Assembly: GCA_016939335.1 (NCBI GenBank)
Contig: JAFGHC010000028.1
Location: 1 to 43,548 of the forward strand
Source: Candidatus Saganbacteria bacterium
GTDB taxonomy: Bacteria > Margulisbacteria > WOR-1 > O2-12-FULL-45-9 > XYB2-FULL-48-7
DNA: 43,548 nucleotides
Direction: 5' to 3'
This document shows, piece by piece, positions 1 to 8,502 of this stretch. The notes under the pieces were generated by a model, which made no database searches, had not been told where the DNA came from, and was given only the letters and a program-made list of their open reading frames with translations. The position numbers and the translations under genes are program-made. Positions within the stretch are counted from its first letter, which is position 1, and every line of letters begins with the position of its first letter.

Positions 1-88
1 GGGAATAATTATCGACGATAAATTCCACACACTTTAGTGTGTGGTTTCAATCTTATTCGCTTTGGCCAAATTCCGGGGAAACTCCACT
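1..88. repeat. Dispersed REP/MITE-like element, copy 1 (truncated by window edge)
   Basis: Reverse complement of 1-88 matches 34321-34408 at 83/88 nt (hand alignment); contains palindrome CCACACACT-TT-AGTGTGTGG (25-44). Confidence 0.9.
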
Positions 89-100
89 TCGGATTAGATT

Positions 101-112
101 TACAATTTTGTA
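101..112. promoter_or_regulatory. TACA-N4-TGTA palindromic box, candidate regulator site
   Basis: TACAATTTTGTA; same motif at the same 34-nt offset from the -24 GG upstream of glnA. Confidence 0.6.
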
Positions 113-133
113 ATTTCCCCGCAAGTTACCTCG

Positions 134-149
134 TGGCAATAAGATTGCT
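134..149 (+). promoter_or_regulatory. Sigma54-type -24/-12 promoter of OM barrel-amtB-glnK
   Basis: TGGCAATAAGATTGCT: GG(135-136)-N10-GC(147-148); near-identical copy before glnA. Confidence 0.75.
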
Positions 150-194
150 TGCTCTTTTGTGACCCCGGCCAAAATTAATCAAAGGGGAAGTGCC

Positions 195-875
195 ATGAAA
201 AAACCGGTTGTCTGCTTGTTCGGGCTCCTGGTTTCCGTAATCGCCGCTTCGGGCGCGGGGGCGACGCCTTCGACCCAGATCTGGAACCCGTCGGCCGATA
301 TCCAGGTACAGGGGACCTGGCACCTCGGGATAGACGATTATTTTACGGTCGAAGACCGGACTTCGGGCGGCTATAATTATCCGACCGATCTGGGTTTGAC
401 TTATGGCTTGCTGCCCGGATTGGAAGTCGGGATCGATGAGCTCTCCCCGCAAGCGGTTCCCGGCAGCCAGCTGGTCTTTAATGCCAAGTACGGAATGGCC
501 GAGAATGGTCCCTTGCCCGCGCTGGCGGTCGGCGGCTACGGTTTCGGCCTGCTCAAGGGCCAGACCGACCAGAACATCGTCTATGGAGTTGCGGCTAAAA
601 CTTTTGCTCTCGGGCGGCTTTCGGCCGGTTATTTTCAAGGCAATTCCGGCACGATCGGCGGCGACAACGGCGGCGTGATCCTGACCTGGGATAAAGCGCT
701 GACCGATAAGATCTGGGCCTGCGTCGATTACGCGGGCGGCAATTCGGCCCTGGGCGCGCTGTTCGGCGGCTTTTCTTACGCCTTTGCGCCCAATACATCG
801 GTGGTCCTGGCTTACGGCAAATACAATAACGGCGCCAAGCCGACGATCACGACCCAGCTTGACATAAATTTATAG
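195..875 (+). CDS. Secreted, probable outer-membrane beta-barrel protein
   Basis: AAGGGG RBS then MKKPVVCLFGLLV...AGA signal peptide; Gly/aromatic-rich alternating strands; ends TQLDINL. Start moved from 159 to ATG 195. Confidence 0.65.
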   Translation: MKKPVVCLFGLLVSVIAASGAGATPSTQIWNPSADIQVQGTWHLGIDDYFTVEDRTSGGYNYPTDLGLTYGLLPGLEVGIDELSPQAVPGSQLVFNAKYGMAENGPLPALAVGGYGFGLLKGQTDQNIVYGVAAKTFALGRLSAGYFQGNSGTIGGDNGGVILTWDKALTDKIWACVDYAGGNSALGALFGGFSYAFAPNTSVVLAYGKYNNGAKPTITTQLDINL

Positions 876-971
876 GGGGGTTTTTGTTTCCCCATATAAG
901 GGGGTTTTTGTTTCCCCACACTAAAGTGTGGGGAATAATAAAATAAATCCCCATACTTCAGTATGGGGATT
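876..971. repeat. REP-like palindrome cluster
   Basis: 19-nt direct repeat GGGGGTTTTTGTTTCCCCA (876-894, 900-918), palindromes TTCCCCACACT-AA-AGTGTGGGGAA (912-935) and AATCCCCATACT-TC-AGTATGGGGATT (946-971). Confidence 0.85.
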
Positions 972-996
972 CGAAGACGAACAGAGGAGGAGAAAA

Positions 997-2211
997 ATGG
1001 TAAATTCCGGAGATACCGCCTGGGTCCTGATCTCGGCCGCGCTGGTCATTCTGATGACTCCGGCGGTCGGTTTCTTTTACGGGGGGATGGTGCGGAAGAA
1101 AAGCATTTTATCCACGCTGATGATGTGTTTTGCCGCGTTGTTTCTGATCAGTATCCAGTGGGTCCTTTTTGGCTATACCCTGGCGTTTGGGCCGACCAAG
1201 GCCGGCCTGATCGGCGGGCTCAAGTGGCTCGGTCTGCTCGGCGTCGGCCAGGCGCCGAATGTTGCTTATGCGGCGACGATCCCGGCGCTGGCCTTTATGT
1301 TCTTCCAGGCGGCCTTCGCCATCGTGACGCCGTCGCTCATCGTCGGCAGTTTTGTGGAAAGGATCAAGTTCGGCGCCTTCCTGATCTTTACCGGTTTGTG
1401 GGCCACGCTGGTCTATGATCCGGTCTGCCACTGGGTCTGGGGCGCCGGCGGCTGGTTGCGTACTCTGGGCGTCCTCGATTTCGCCGGCGGAACGGTGGTG
1501 CACATAACCGCCGGATTTTCCGCCCTGGCCATCGCCCTGGTCATCGGAAAACGTATCGGCTACGGCAAGGACAACATGGAGCCGAGCAATATTCCGCTGG
1601 TGGTCTTGGGTGCGATCTTGCTCTGGTTCGGCTGGTTCGGTTTTAACGGCGGCTCGGCGCTGGCGGCCAACGGCTTGGCGGTCCAGACGGTGGTAGTCAC
1701 CAACACGGCCGGCGCGGCCGCGGCCATTGTTTGGATGATCTTGAGCTGGCTGCATCGCCGCCCCAGCGTCCTGGGTGTTGCCACCGGCGCAGTGGTAGGT
1801 TTGGCGGCGATCACCCCGGCTTCCGGTTTTGTTACGCCGCTGGCGGCGATCCTGATCGGCGGAATTGCCGCGGCGATCTCTTATTATGCGATCGTTTTAA
1901 GGATGAAGTTCCGCATTGACGAATCGCTGGATGTCTTTGCCTGTCATGGCCTGGGGAGTTTTTGGGGCGTCATTGCCACGGGGATCTTTGCCAGCAAGCT
2001 GGCCAATCCCGCCGGCGCCAACGGCTTGCTCTGCGGCAATCCGCTGCAGTTAGGGACGCAATTTTTTGGAGCAACGACGGTCGCGGTCTTTGCGTTCATT
2101 GCGACTTATGTCTTGGCCACCCTGATCGATCTTGTTGTCGGTCTGCGGGTCGGCGTCAACGAAGAGCTGGTCGGGCTCGACATTTCCCAACATGCCGAGA
2201 GCGCGCTCTAG
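997..2211 (+). CDS. amtB: Ammonium transporter
   Basis: NSGDTAW, FYGGMVR, DFAGGTVVH, WFGWFGFNGGS, DVFACHG motifs; GGAGG RBS before ATG 997. Confidence 0.97.
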   Translation: MVNSGDTAWVLISAALVILMTPAVGFFYGGMVRKKSILSTLMMCFAALFLISIQWVLFGYTLAFGPTKAGLIGGLKWLGLLGVGQAPNVAYAATIPALAFMFFQAAFAIVTPSLIVGSFVERIKFGAFLIFTGLWATLVYDPVCHWVWGAGGWLRTLGVLDFAGGTVVHITAGFSALAIALVIGKRIGYGKDNMEPSNIPLVVLGAILLWFGWFGFNGGSALAANGLAVQTVVVTNTAGAAAAIVWMILSWLHRRPSVLGVATGAVVGLAAITPASGFVTPLAAILIGGIAAAISYYAIVLRMKFRIDESLDVFACHGLGSFWGVIATGIFASKLANPAGANGLLCGNPLQLGTQFFGATTVAVFAFIATYVLATLIDLVVGLRVGVNEELVGLDISQHAESAL

Positions 2212-2224
2212 GGGAGGGTTTGAA

Positions 2225-2563
2225 ATGAAAAAAATCGAAGCGGTCATCAGGTCGGAAAAGCTGGAGGAGCTGCGGGAGGCGCTTGACGCCAAGGGGCTGT
2301 CCTCGATGACGGTGACCGAGGTCAAGGGACGAGGAGCGCAAAAGGGGATAACCCTCGAATGGCGGGTCGGGGAATACCGGGTCGAGTTCATCCCCAAGAT
2401 CAAGGTCGAGCTGGTGGTTGACGACAAGGCGGTGGAAACCGTGATTTCAACCATCACGGCGGTCTGCTCGACCGGCAAGGTCGGTGACGGCAAGATCTTT
2501 ATTTCACCGGTCGAGGACGTGGTCAGGATCAGGACCGGGGAAAGGGCCGAAAAGGCCCTTTAA
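2225..2563 (+). CDS. glnK: PII nitrogen regulatory protein
   Basis: MKKIEAVIR...GRGAQKG, T-loop Tyr51, TGKVGDGKIF, RIRTGE; 112 aa, follows amtB. Confidence 0.95.
   Translation: MKKIEAVIRSEKLEELREALDAKGLSSMTVTEVKGRGAQKGITLEWRVGEYRVEFIPKIKVELVVDDKAVETVISTITAVCSTGKVGDGKIFISPVEDVVRIRTGERAEKAL
2541..2561 (+). terminator. Possible terminator hairpin at the glnK 3' end
   Basis: AAAGGGCC-GAAAA-GGCCCTTT perfect 8-bp stem; U-tract is weak. Confidence 0.3.
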
Positions 2564-2566
2564 TAA

Positions 2567-2609
2567 TACAATAATGTAGATAATAAGTCTAGAAATATAC
2601 AAAATTGTA
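2567..2609. promoter_or_regulatory. Two TACA-N4-TGTA boxes upstream of glnA
   Basis: TACAATAATGTA (2567-2578) and TACAAAATTGTA (2598-2609), 31 nt apart. Confidence 0.6.
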
Positions 2610-2630
2610 TATATTTTTAGCTTCTACTCG

Positions 2631-2646
2631 TGGCAATAACTTTGCT
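2631..2646 (+). promoter_or_regulatory. Sigma54-type -24/-12 promoter of glnA
   Basis: TGGCAATAACTTTGCT: GG(2632-2633)-N10-GC(2644-2645). Confidence 0.75.
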
Positions 2647-2675
2647 AACAAAATAATTATAAAGGGGGTAAGTGT

Positions 2676-4010
2676 ATGGCAACAAAAGAGGATATCTTAA
2701 AACAGGTCAAGGATAACGGGGTGGAGTTCATCCGGCTCTGGTTCACGGACATTAACGGGATCTTGAAGAGTTTCGCCATTGGCCCGGAGGAACTGGAGGG
2801 GGCGCTGACGCAGGGGATGGGTTTTGACGGTTCCTCGATCACCGGGTTCCAGGACATCGAAGAATCGGACATGATCGCCATGCCGGACATAGACACTTTC
2901 GCGATCCTCCCCTGGCGGCCGGAAGACAAGCCGGTGGCCAGGATGATCTGCGACGTGCTCCAGCCGGCCGCCGGCAAGCACAAACCGTACGAGGGCGATC
3001 CCCGCTATGTGCTTAAACGGGCGCTGGAAAAGATGAAAAAGCTCGGCTTCGACCATTTCTACGTCGGCCCGGAGCTGGAATATTTCTACTTTAAGAATTC
3101 GGCCGGGACCGAGATCCTGGACGAAGGCGGCTACTTCGACCTGACCCCGCTCGATATGGCCTCGAACCTCCGCCGGGAAACGGTCTTCGCCCTCCGCAAA
3201 CTCGGCATCGTCGTCGAATACAGCCACCACGAGGTCGCCCCGTCACAGCATGAGATCGACATGCGCTACGCCGACGCCCTGAATATGGCGGACAATACGG
3301 TCACCTATCGCTTAACGGTCAAGGAGATCGCCTCCAAGAACGGCGTCTATGCCACGTTCATGCCGAAGCCGATCTTCGGCCAGAACGGGAGCGGCATGCA
3401 TTGCCACCAGTCGCTCTTCAAAGGGAAGACCAACGCTTTCTTTGATCCCAATGACAAATATAACCTTTCGGCGGTGGGCAAGTCATACATTGCCGGCATC
3501 CTGAAACACGCCCCGGAAATGATCGCGGTCCTGGCACCGTGGGTCAATTCTTACAAGCGGCTGGTCCCCGGTTATGAAGCCCCGGTCTATATCGCCTGGT
3601 CGCGCCGGAACCGGTCGGCCCTGATCCGCGTCCCCGGTTATCAGCCGGGCAAGGAAGCGGCGACCAGAATGGAGCTGCGTTGCCCGGATCCTTCCGGCAA
3701 TCCGTACCTGCAGTTCGCGGTCATGCTCCAGGCAGGGCTCAAAGGGATCGAGGAGGGGTATAAACTGGCGGAACCGATGGAGCTCAACCTGTATCATCTG
3801 GACGATGAAGAAAGGGCGGAGCGCGGGATCAAATCATTGCCGGCCAGCCTGGGCGAAGCGATCGGCATCACCGAAAAGAGCGAACTGATGCGCGAGGCGC
3901 TGGGCGACCATTGTTTCGAACGCTTCATTTCGATCAAGAAGAAAGAATGGGACGAATTCCGCATCCAGGTGACCGAATACGAAGTAAGGAAGTATTTACC
4001 GATCTTGTAA
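2676..4010 (+). CDS. glnA: Glutamine synthetase type I (short I-alpha-like, 444 aa)
   Basis: FDGSSI, GPELEY, HHEVAPSQHEI, ATFMPKP, NGSGMHCHQS, NSYKRLVPGYEAP, NRSALIR motifs. Confidence 0.98.
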   Translation: MATKEDILKQVKDNGVEFIRLWFTDINGILKSFAIGPEELEGALTQGMGFDGSSITGFQDIEESDMIAMPDIDTFAILPWRPEDKPVARMICDVLQPAAGKHKPYEGDPRYVLKRALEKMKKLGFDHFYVGPELEYFYFKNSAGTEILDEGGYFDLTPLDMASNLRRETVFALRKLGIVVEYSHHEVAPSQHEIDMRYADALNMADNTVTYRLTVKEIASKNGVYATFMPKPIFGQNGSGMHCHQSLFKGKTNAFFDPNDKYNLSAVGKSYIAGILKHAPEMIAVLAPWVNSYKRLVPGYEAPVYIAWSRRNRSALIRVPGYQPGKEAATRMELRCPDPSGNPYLQFAVMLQAGLKGIEEGYKLAEPMELNLYHLDDEERAERGIKSLPASLGEAIGITEKSELMREALGDHCFERFISIKKKEWDEFRIQVTEYEVRKYLPIL

Positions 4011-4011
4011 T

Positions 4012-4089
4012 CAAAGGTGTCTTTAAGCTTAATGTTTTGGGGCGGGATCTTTGAGACACCTTTGTATCCCGCCCCTTACATAAGGTGTC
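4012..4089 (+). promoter_or_regulatory. Interleaved inverted repeats in the glnA-gltB spacer (possible RNA switch or REP relic)
   Basis: 4012-4022 pairs 4054-4064 (11 bp); 4039-4048 pairs 4066-4075 (10 bp); 4082-4089 (RBS region) pairs 4055-4062 (8 bp). Confidence 0.45.
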
Positions 4090-4092
4090 AAA

Positions 4093-7000
4093 ATGTGGCG
4101 AAATGAAGAAGCGAAACAGCGAACCGGACTGTACGATCCGCGCTTCGAGCACGACAGCTGCGGCGTCGGGTTCGTGGTCAATATCAAAGGGGTTAAATCC
4201 CACGCGATCGTCCGCCAGGGACTCGCTGTTCTTGAGCGCCTGGCGCATCGCGGCGCCGTCGGCGCTGACCCCGAGACCGGCGACGGCGCCGGGATCCTCA
4301 TCCAGCTTCCCCATGAGCTCTTCAAAGTAAGCCGTCCCGGCGCTTACGGCGCGGGCCTGGTCTTTTTGCCCCGGAACAAAAGGCTGCGCGGCATCTGCAA
4401 AGAGGTCTTCGCCCGGATCATCGAGCAGGAAGGGCAGGTACTCCTCGGCTGGCGCAGCGTGCCGGTCGATGACTCGGAGATCGGCGCGACCGCCAAAGCG
4501 ACCCAGCCGGTCATGGAGCAGGTACTGATCGGCAAAGGGAAAGCGGTCAACACCCGGCTCGATCTGGAACGGAAGCTTTACCGGATCCGCCGGGAAGTGG
4601 AAAAAGAGATCCAGGCCGCAGGGTTCTATATCACCAACCTTTCCACCCGCACCATCGCGTACAAGGGGCTGCTCATGCCCCGCCAGCTGGGGAATTATTT
4701 CCTCGACCTGAAAGACCCCGAACTGAAGAGCGCCATTGCGTTGGTCCATTCGCGCTACAGCACCAACACTTTCCCCGCCTGGGACCTGGCCCAGCCGTTC
4801 CGGTTCCTGGCGCACAACGGCGAGATCAACACGCTGCGCGGGAATATCAACTGGATGCGGGCCCGGGGGATCGACGTCATCCGTCCCGGCGGCAGCGATT
4901 CGGCCTGCCTGGACAATGTTTTTGAACTGCTGACACTCTCCGGCCGCTCCCTGCCTCATGCCATGATGATGCTCATCCCCGGCGCCTGGGAGCAGAATAA
5001 AATGATGAGCAAAGAGGTCAGGGACTTTTACAAATATCATGCCTGCTTCATGGAGCCGTGGGACGGCCCGGCGGCCATTGCCTTTACCGACGGGAAACAT
5101 GTCGGCGCGGTGCTGGACCGCAACGGCCTCCGCCCGGCGCGTTATCTTGTCACCAAAGACGGGACGGTGGTCATGGCGTCGGAAGTCGGCGTCCTGGAGC
5201 TCGCCCCGGAAGCGATCGAGCGCGCGGGGCGGCTGGAGCCGGGGAAGATGCTCTACATCGACACCGAAGCGGGCCGGATCGTGGAGGACGAGGAGATCAA
5301 GGAAGAGATCTACAGCCGCCGTTTCTACGGCCAGTGGCTCAAGGAGAACCTGGTCGAGCTGGACGACCTGCACCGGGTCGGCGCGGCCGATGAAGAAGGG
5401 CTGAATGTTAAGCAATTGCTCAAGGCCTTCGGCTACACCCGCGAGGACCTCAAGGCGGTCATCCGGCCGATGGCGGAAAAAGGGAAGGAGCCGGTCGGCT
5501 CGATGGGCAACGACACGCCGCCGGCGGTCCTCGCGGTCCGCCCGCAGCTGCTTTACAACTACTTCAAACAGCTCTTCGCGCAGGTGACCAACCCGGCGAT
5601 CGACCCGATCCGCGAGGAACTGGTGATGAGCCTCGAGTCTTACGTCGGCCCGCAGCAGGATATTTTGAAAGAGACTCCCGAGCACTGCCATAAACTGCGG
5701 GTCAAGGAGCCGATCCTGGCCAATGAGGAGCTGGAGCGGATCCGCCAGATCCGCAAGAACGGGTTCCGGACAAAAACGGTAAGTTTGTTATTCCCCACAC
5801 CTGCCTGCCGGCAGGCACGGCTTAAGCGCGGGGAATTGACCAAAGCTTTAGACAGAGTCTGCGCCGAGGCCGAACAGGCGATCGGGGAAGGTTATTCGTT
5901 CATCGTCCTTAGCGACCGCGGCGTGAGCGAAACACAGCCGGCCCTGCCGCTGCTGCTGGCGGTCGGCGCCGTTCACCATCACCTGGTCCGCAAGGCGCTG
6001 CGGACGAAGGCCGGACTGATCGTCGAAAGCGGGGAGCCGCGCGAGGTCCACCATTTCGCGCTCCTCTTCGGCTACGGGGCGGAGCTGATCAATCCTTATC
6101 TGGCTTACCGGGCGGTCGGGCTCCTCTGCGAACAGGGGGAGCTGGTCCTCGACGCCGTGACCGCCGTCAACAATTACCGCCACGCGGTCAACAAGGGGAT
6201 CATGAAGGTCCTCTCCAAGATGGGGATCTCGACGCTCAACAGTTACCGCGGCGCGCAGATCTTTGAGGCGCTCGGGATCGGCGAGGCGGTGGTCGGCCAG
6301 TGCTTTGAGGGAACGCCGTCGCGGATCGGCGGGATCGGTTTTGCCGAGATTGAAACAGAAACGCTGCTGCGGCACCGGCAAGCTTTCGGGCCAGATGAGC
6401 TGCTGGAGAGCGGCGGCATTTACCAGTGGCGCCGGGACGGGGAACCTCATCTCTGGCGGCCGGAGACCATTTCCGCCCTGCAGGACGCGGCCAGGAACAA
6501 CGATTATCGTCGTTACAAAGAATTCGCCGCCCTGGTCAACGATCAGTCCGGCGCGCCGATCACTCTGCGCAGTCTGTTGAAATTCAAGCCGGGCTCGCCC
6601 ATTCCGCTTGACGAAGTCGAGCCGCTCGAAAATATCCTCAAGCGCTTTGCCGCCGGCGCGATGAGTTTCGGCTCGATCAGCGGCGCGGCGCACGAAACGA
6701 TCGCCCGGGCGATGAACCTGATCGGCGGAAAGTCCAACACCGGCGAGGGGGGCGAGGACCCGGCCCGGTTCAAAGATGACCGGCGGAGCGCGATCAAGCA
6801 GATCGCTTCCGGCCGCTTCGGGGTGACGGCCAATTATCTGGTCAACGCTGATGAAATTCAGATCAAGATCGCCCAGGGGGCCAAGCCGGGGGAGGGGGGG
6901 CAGCTCCCCGGCCATAAGGTGAGCGGGATCATTGCCAAGACCCGCTACACGACGCCGGGGGTCACTTTGATCTCGCCGCCGCCGCATCACGACATTTATT

Positions 7001-8502
7001 CGATCGAGGACCTGGCGCAGCTGATCTTTGACCTGAAGAACGTCAACCCGCGGGCGCGGATCTCGGTCAAGCTGGTCTCGGAAGTCGGGGTCGGCACCGT
7101 CGCCATGGGGGTGGCCAAGGGGGATGCCGACATGATCCTGATCTCGGGCGGCGACGGCGGGACGGGGGCGTCTCCGCTCAGTTCCATCCGGCACGCCGGG
7201 CTCCCGTGGGAACTCGGCCTGTCCGAAACCCATCAAACTCTGCTCCTGAACGGCCTGCGCGGCCGCGTCCGCCTGCAGACCGACGGCCAGCTCCGGACCG
7301 GACGCGATGTCGCGATCGCGGCGCTGCTCGGCGCCGAGGAATTCGGTTTTGCCACGCCGGCGCTGGTCGTTTCCGGCTGCGTCATGCTCCGCCACTGCCA
7401 CCTCAATAATTGTTCCGTCGGCGTGGCGACCCAGGACGAGGCACTGGTGCAAAGATTCCGGGGCAGGCCGGAATATATCGTCAATTATTTCCGCTTCGTG
7501 GCGCAGGAGCTGCGCGAGACCATGGCGGAGCTCGGCGTGCGCTCGGTCGGCGAACTGGTCGGCCGGACCGATCTGCTGGAAGTTAATGAGGCAACTCTGC
7601 CCTGGAAAGCCAAGGGCTTGGACCTTTCCAGGATTCTCTGGCAGCCGGAAACCAGGCAGCGTGATTCTCTGGTCCCCGGGCGGCCTGAAGTTCTTGACCA
7701 TAAACTGGTCGAGCTTGCCGGACCGGCTCTGGCGGAAGGCAAACCGGTCAAGCGCGAGCTCCCGATAAAAAACTCCGACCGCGCGACCGGCGCTCTGTTG
7801 AGCGGCGAATTGGTCAGGCGCCGCGGCGAAGCCGGGCTGCCGGACGGCACCGTTCATTTCAAGTTCAAAGGGGTGGCGGGACAGAGCTTCGGCGCCTGGC
7901 TGGCGCCGGGGATCACGCTGGAGCTCGAGGGGATGACCAACGATTATGTCGGCAAGGGGCTCTCCGGCGGCAGGATCATAATTTACAACCGGCAAGAGAA
8001 CGGCATCATCATCGGCAACACTACCTTTTACGGCGCGATCGCGGGCGAAGCGTACATCCGCGGCGCGGCGGGCGAGCGCTTCTGCATCCGCAATTCCGGG
8101 CTGAACGCGGTGGTCGAGGGGGTGGGGGACCACGGCTGTGAATATATGACCGGCGGGCGGGTCGTGATTCTGGGCCGGACCGGCCGGAACTTTGCCGCCG
8201 GGATGTCGGGCGGGATCGCTTACATCTACGACCGGGAGGGCGATTTTGCCGACCGGTGCAATTTAAACATGGTCGAGCTGGAAACTTTGAAGCACGATGA
8301 CATTAAAGTGGTCAAGACACTGCTGGAGAACCATTTTAAATACACCCGCAGCCCGCTCGCCCGGCTGATTTTGGACGATTTTACCAAAGAGAAACGGCGC
8401 TTTATCAAGGTCATGCCGCTCGAATACAAACGGGTCCTGGCGGAATACAAGTTGACCGAGGCGGAAGCGGCTGAAGAGCTGCTGGAGGTTTCCGATGGGT
8501 AA
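4093..8502 (+). CDS. gltB: Glutamate synthase large subunit
   Basis: HDSCGVGF, HSRYSTNT, HNGEINT, EPWDGPA, AMSFGSIS, AQGAKPGEGGQLPG, CVMLRHCHLNNC, C-terminal GXGXG domain. Confidence 0.98.
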   Translation: MWRNEEAKQRTGLYDPRFEHDSCGVGFVVNIKGVKSHAIVRQGLAVLERLAHRGAVGADPETGDGAGILIQLPHELFKVSRPGAYGAGLVFLPRNKRLRGICKEVFARIIEQEGQVLLGWRSVPVDDSEIGATAKATQPVMEQVLIGKGKAVNTRLDLERKLYRIRREVEKEIQAAGFYITNLSTRTIAYKGLLMPRQLGNYFLDLKDPELKSAIALVHSRYSTNTFPAWDLAQPFRFLAHNGEINTLRGNINWMRARGIDVIRPGGSDSACLDNVFELLTLSGRSLPHAMMMLIPGAWEQNKMMSKEVRDFYKYHACFMEPWDGPAAIAFTDGKHVGAVLDRNGLRPARYLVTKDGTVVMASEVGVLELAPEAIERAGRLEPGKMLYIDTEAGRIVEDEEIKEEIYSRRFYGQWLKENLVELDDLHRVGAADEEGLNVKQLLKAFGYTREDLKAVIRPMAEKGKEPVGSMGNDTPPAVLAVRPQLLYNYFKQLFAQVTNPAIDPIREELVMSLESYVGPQQDILKETPEHCHKLRVKEPILANEELERIRQIRKNGFRTKTVSLLFPTPACRQARLKRGELTKALDRVCAEAEQAIGEGYSFIVLSDRGVSETQPALPLLLAVGAVHHHLVRKALRTKAGLIVESGEPREVHHFALLFGYGAELINPYLAYRAVGLLCEQGELVLDAVTAVNNYRHAVNKGIMKVLSKMGISTLNSYRGAQIFEALGIGEAVVGQCFEGTPSRIGGIGFAEIETETLLRHRQAFGPDELLESGGIYQWRRDGEPHLWRPETISALQDAARNNDYRRYKEFAALVNDQSGAPITLRSLLKFKPGSPIPLDEVEPLENILKRFAAGAMSFGSISGAAHETIARAMNLIGGKSNTGEGGEDPARFKDDRRSAIKQIASGRFGVTANYLVNADEIQIKIAQGAKPGEGGQLPGHKVSGIIAKTRYTTPGVTLISPPPHHDIYSIEDLAQLIFDLKNVNPRARISVKLVSEVGVGTVAMGVAKGDADMILISGGDGGTGASPLSSIRHAGLPWELGLSETHQTLLLNGLRGRVRLQTDGQLRTGRDVAIAALLGAEEFGFATPALVVSGCVMLRHCHLNNCSVGVATQDEALVQRFRGRPEYIVNYFRFVAQELRETMAELGVRSVGELVGRTDLLEVNEATLPWKAKGLDLSRILWQPETRQRDSLVPGRPEVLDHKLVELAGPALAEGKPVKRELPIKNSDRATGALLSGELVRRRGEAGLPDGTVHFKFKGVAGQSFGAWLAPGITLELEGMTNDYVGKGLSGGRIIIYNRQENGIIIGNTTFYGAIAGEAYIRGAAGERFCIRNSGLNAVVEGVGDHGCEYMTGGRVVILGRTGRNFAAGMSGGIAYIYDREGDFADRCNLNMVELETLKHDDIKVVKTLLENHFKYTRSPLARLILDDFTKEKRRFIKVMPLEYKRVLAEYKLTEAEAAEELLEVSDG
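5791..5835. repeat. Nested REP-like palindromes in frame within gltB
   Basis: TTCCCCACAC-[C TGCCTGCCGGCAGGCA CGG]-CTTAAGCGCGGGGAA; inner 16-nt perfect palindrome 5802-5817; encodes FPTPACRQARLKRGE. Confidence 0.75.

Noticed and set aside
876..971. Possible mini-CRISPR array (direct repeats plus palindromes)
   Set aside because: Only two 19-nt direct repeats 5 nt apart, no unique 30-40-nt spacers, no cas genes; fits REP cluster.
3934..8133. Long minus-strand ORFs (585 and 761 aa) and similar antisense ORFs over carAB, nadE, atpD and the kinases
   Set aside because: Shadow frames of GC-rich genes with clear plus-strand family motifs; no recognisable domains.
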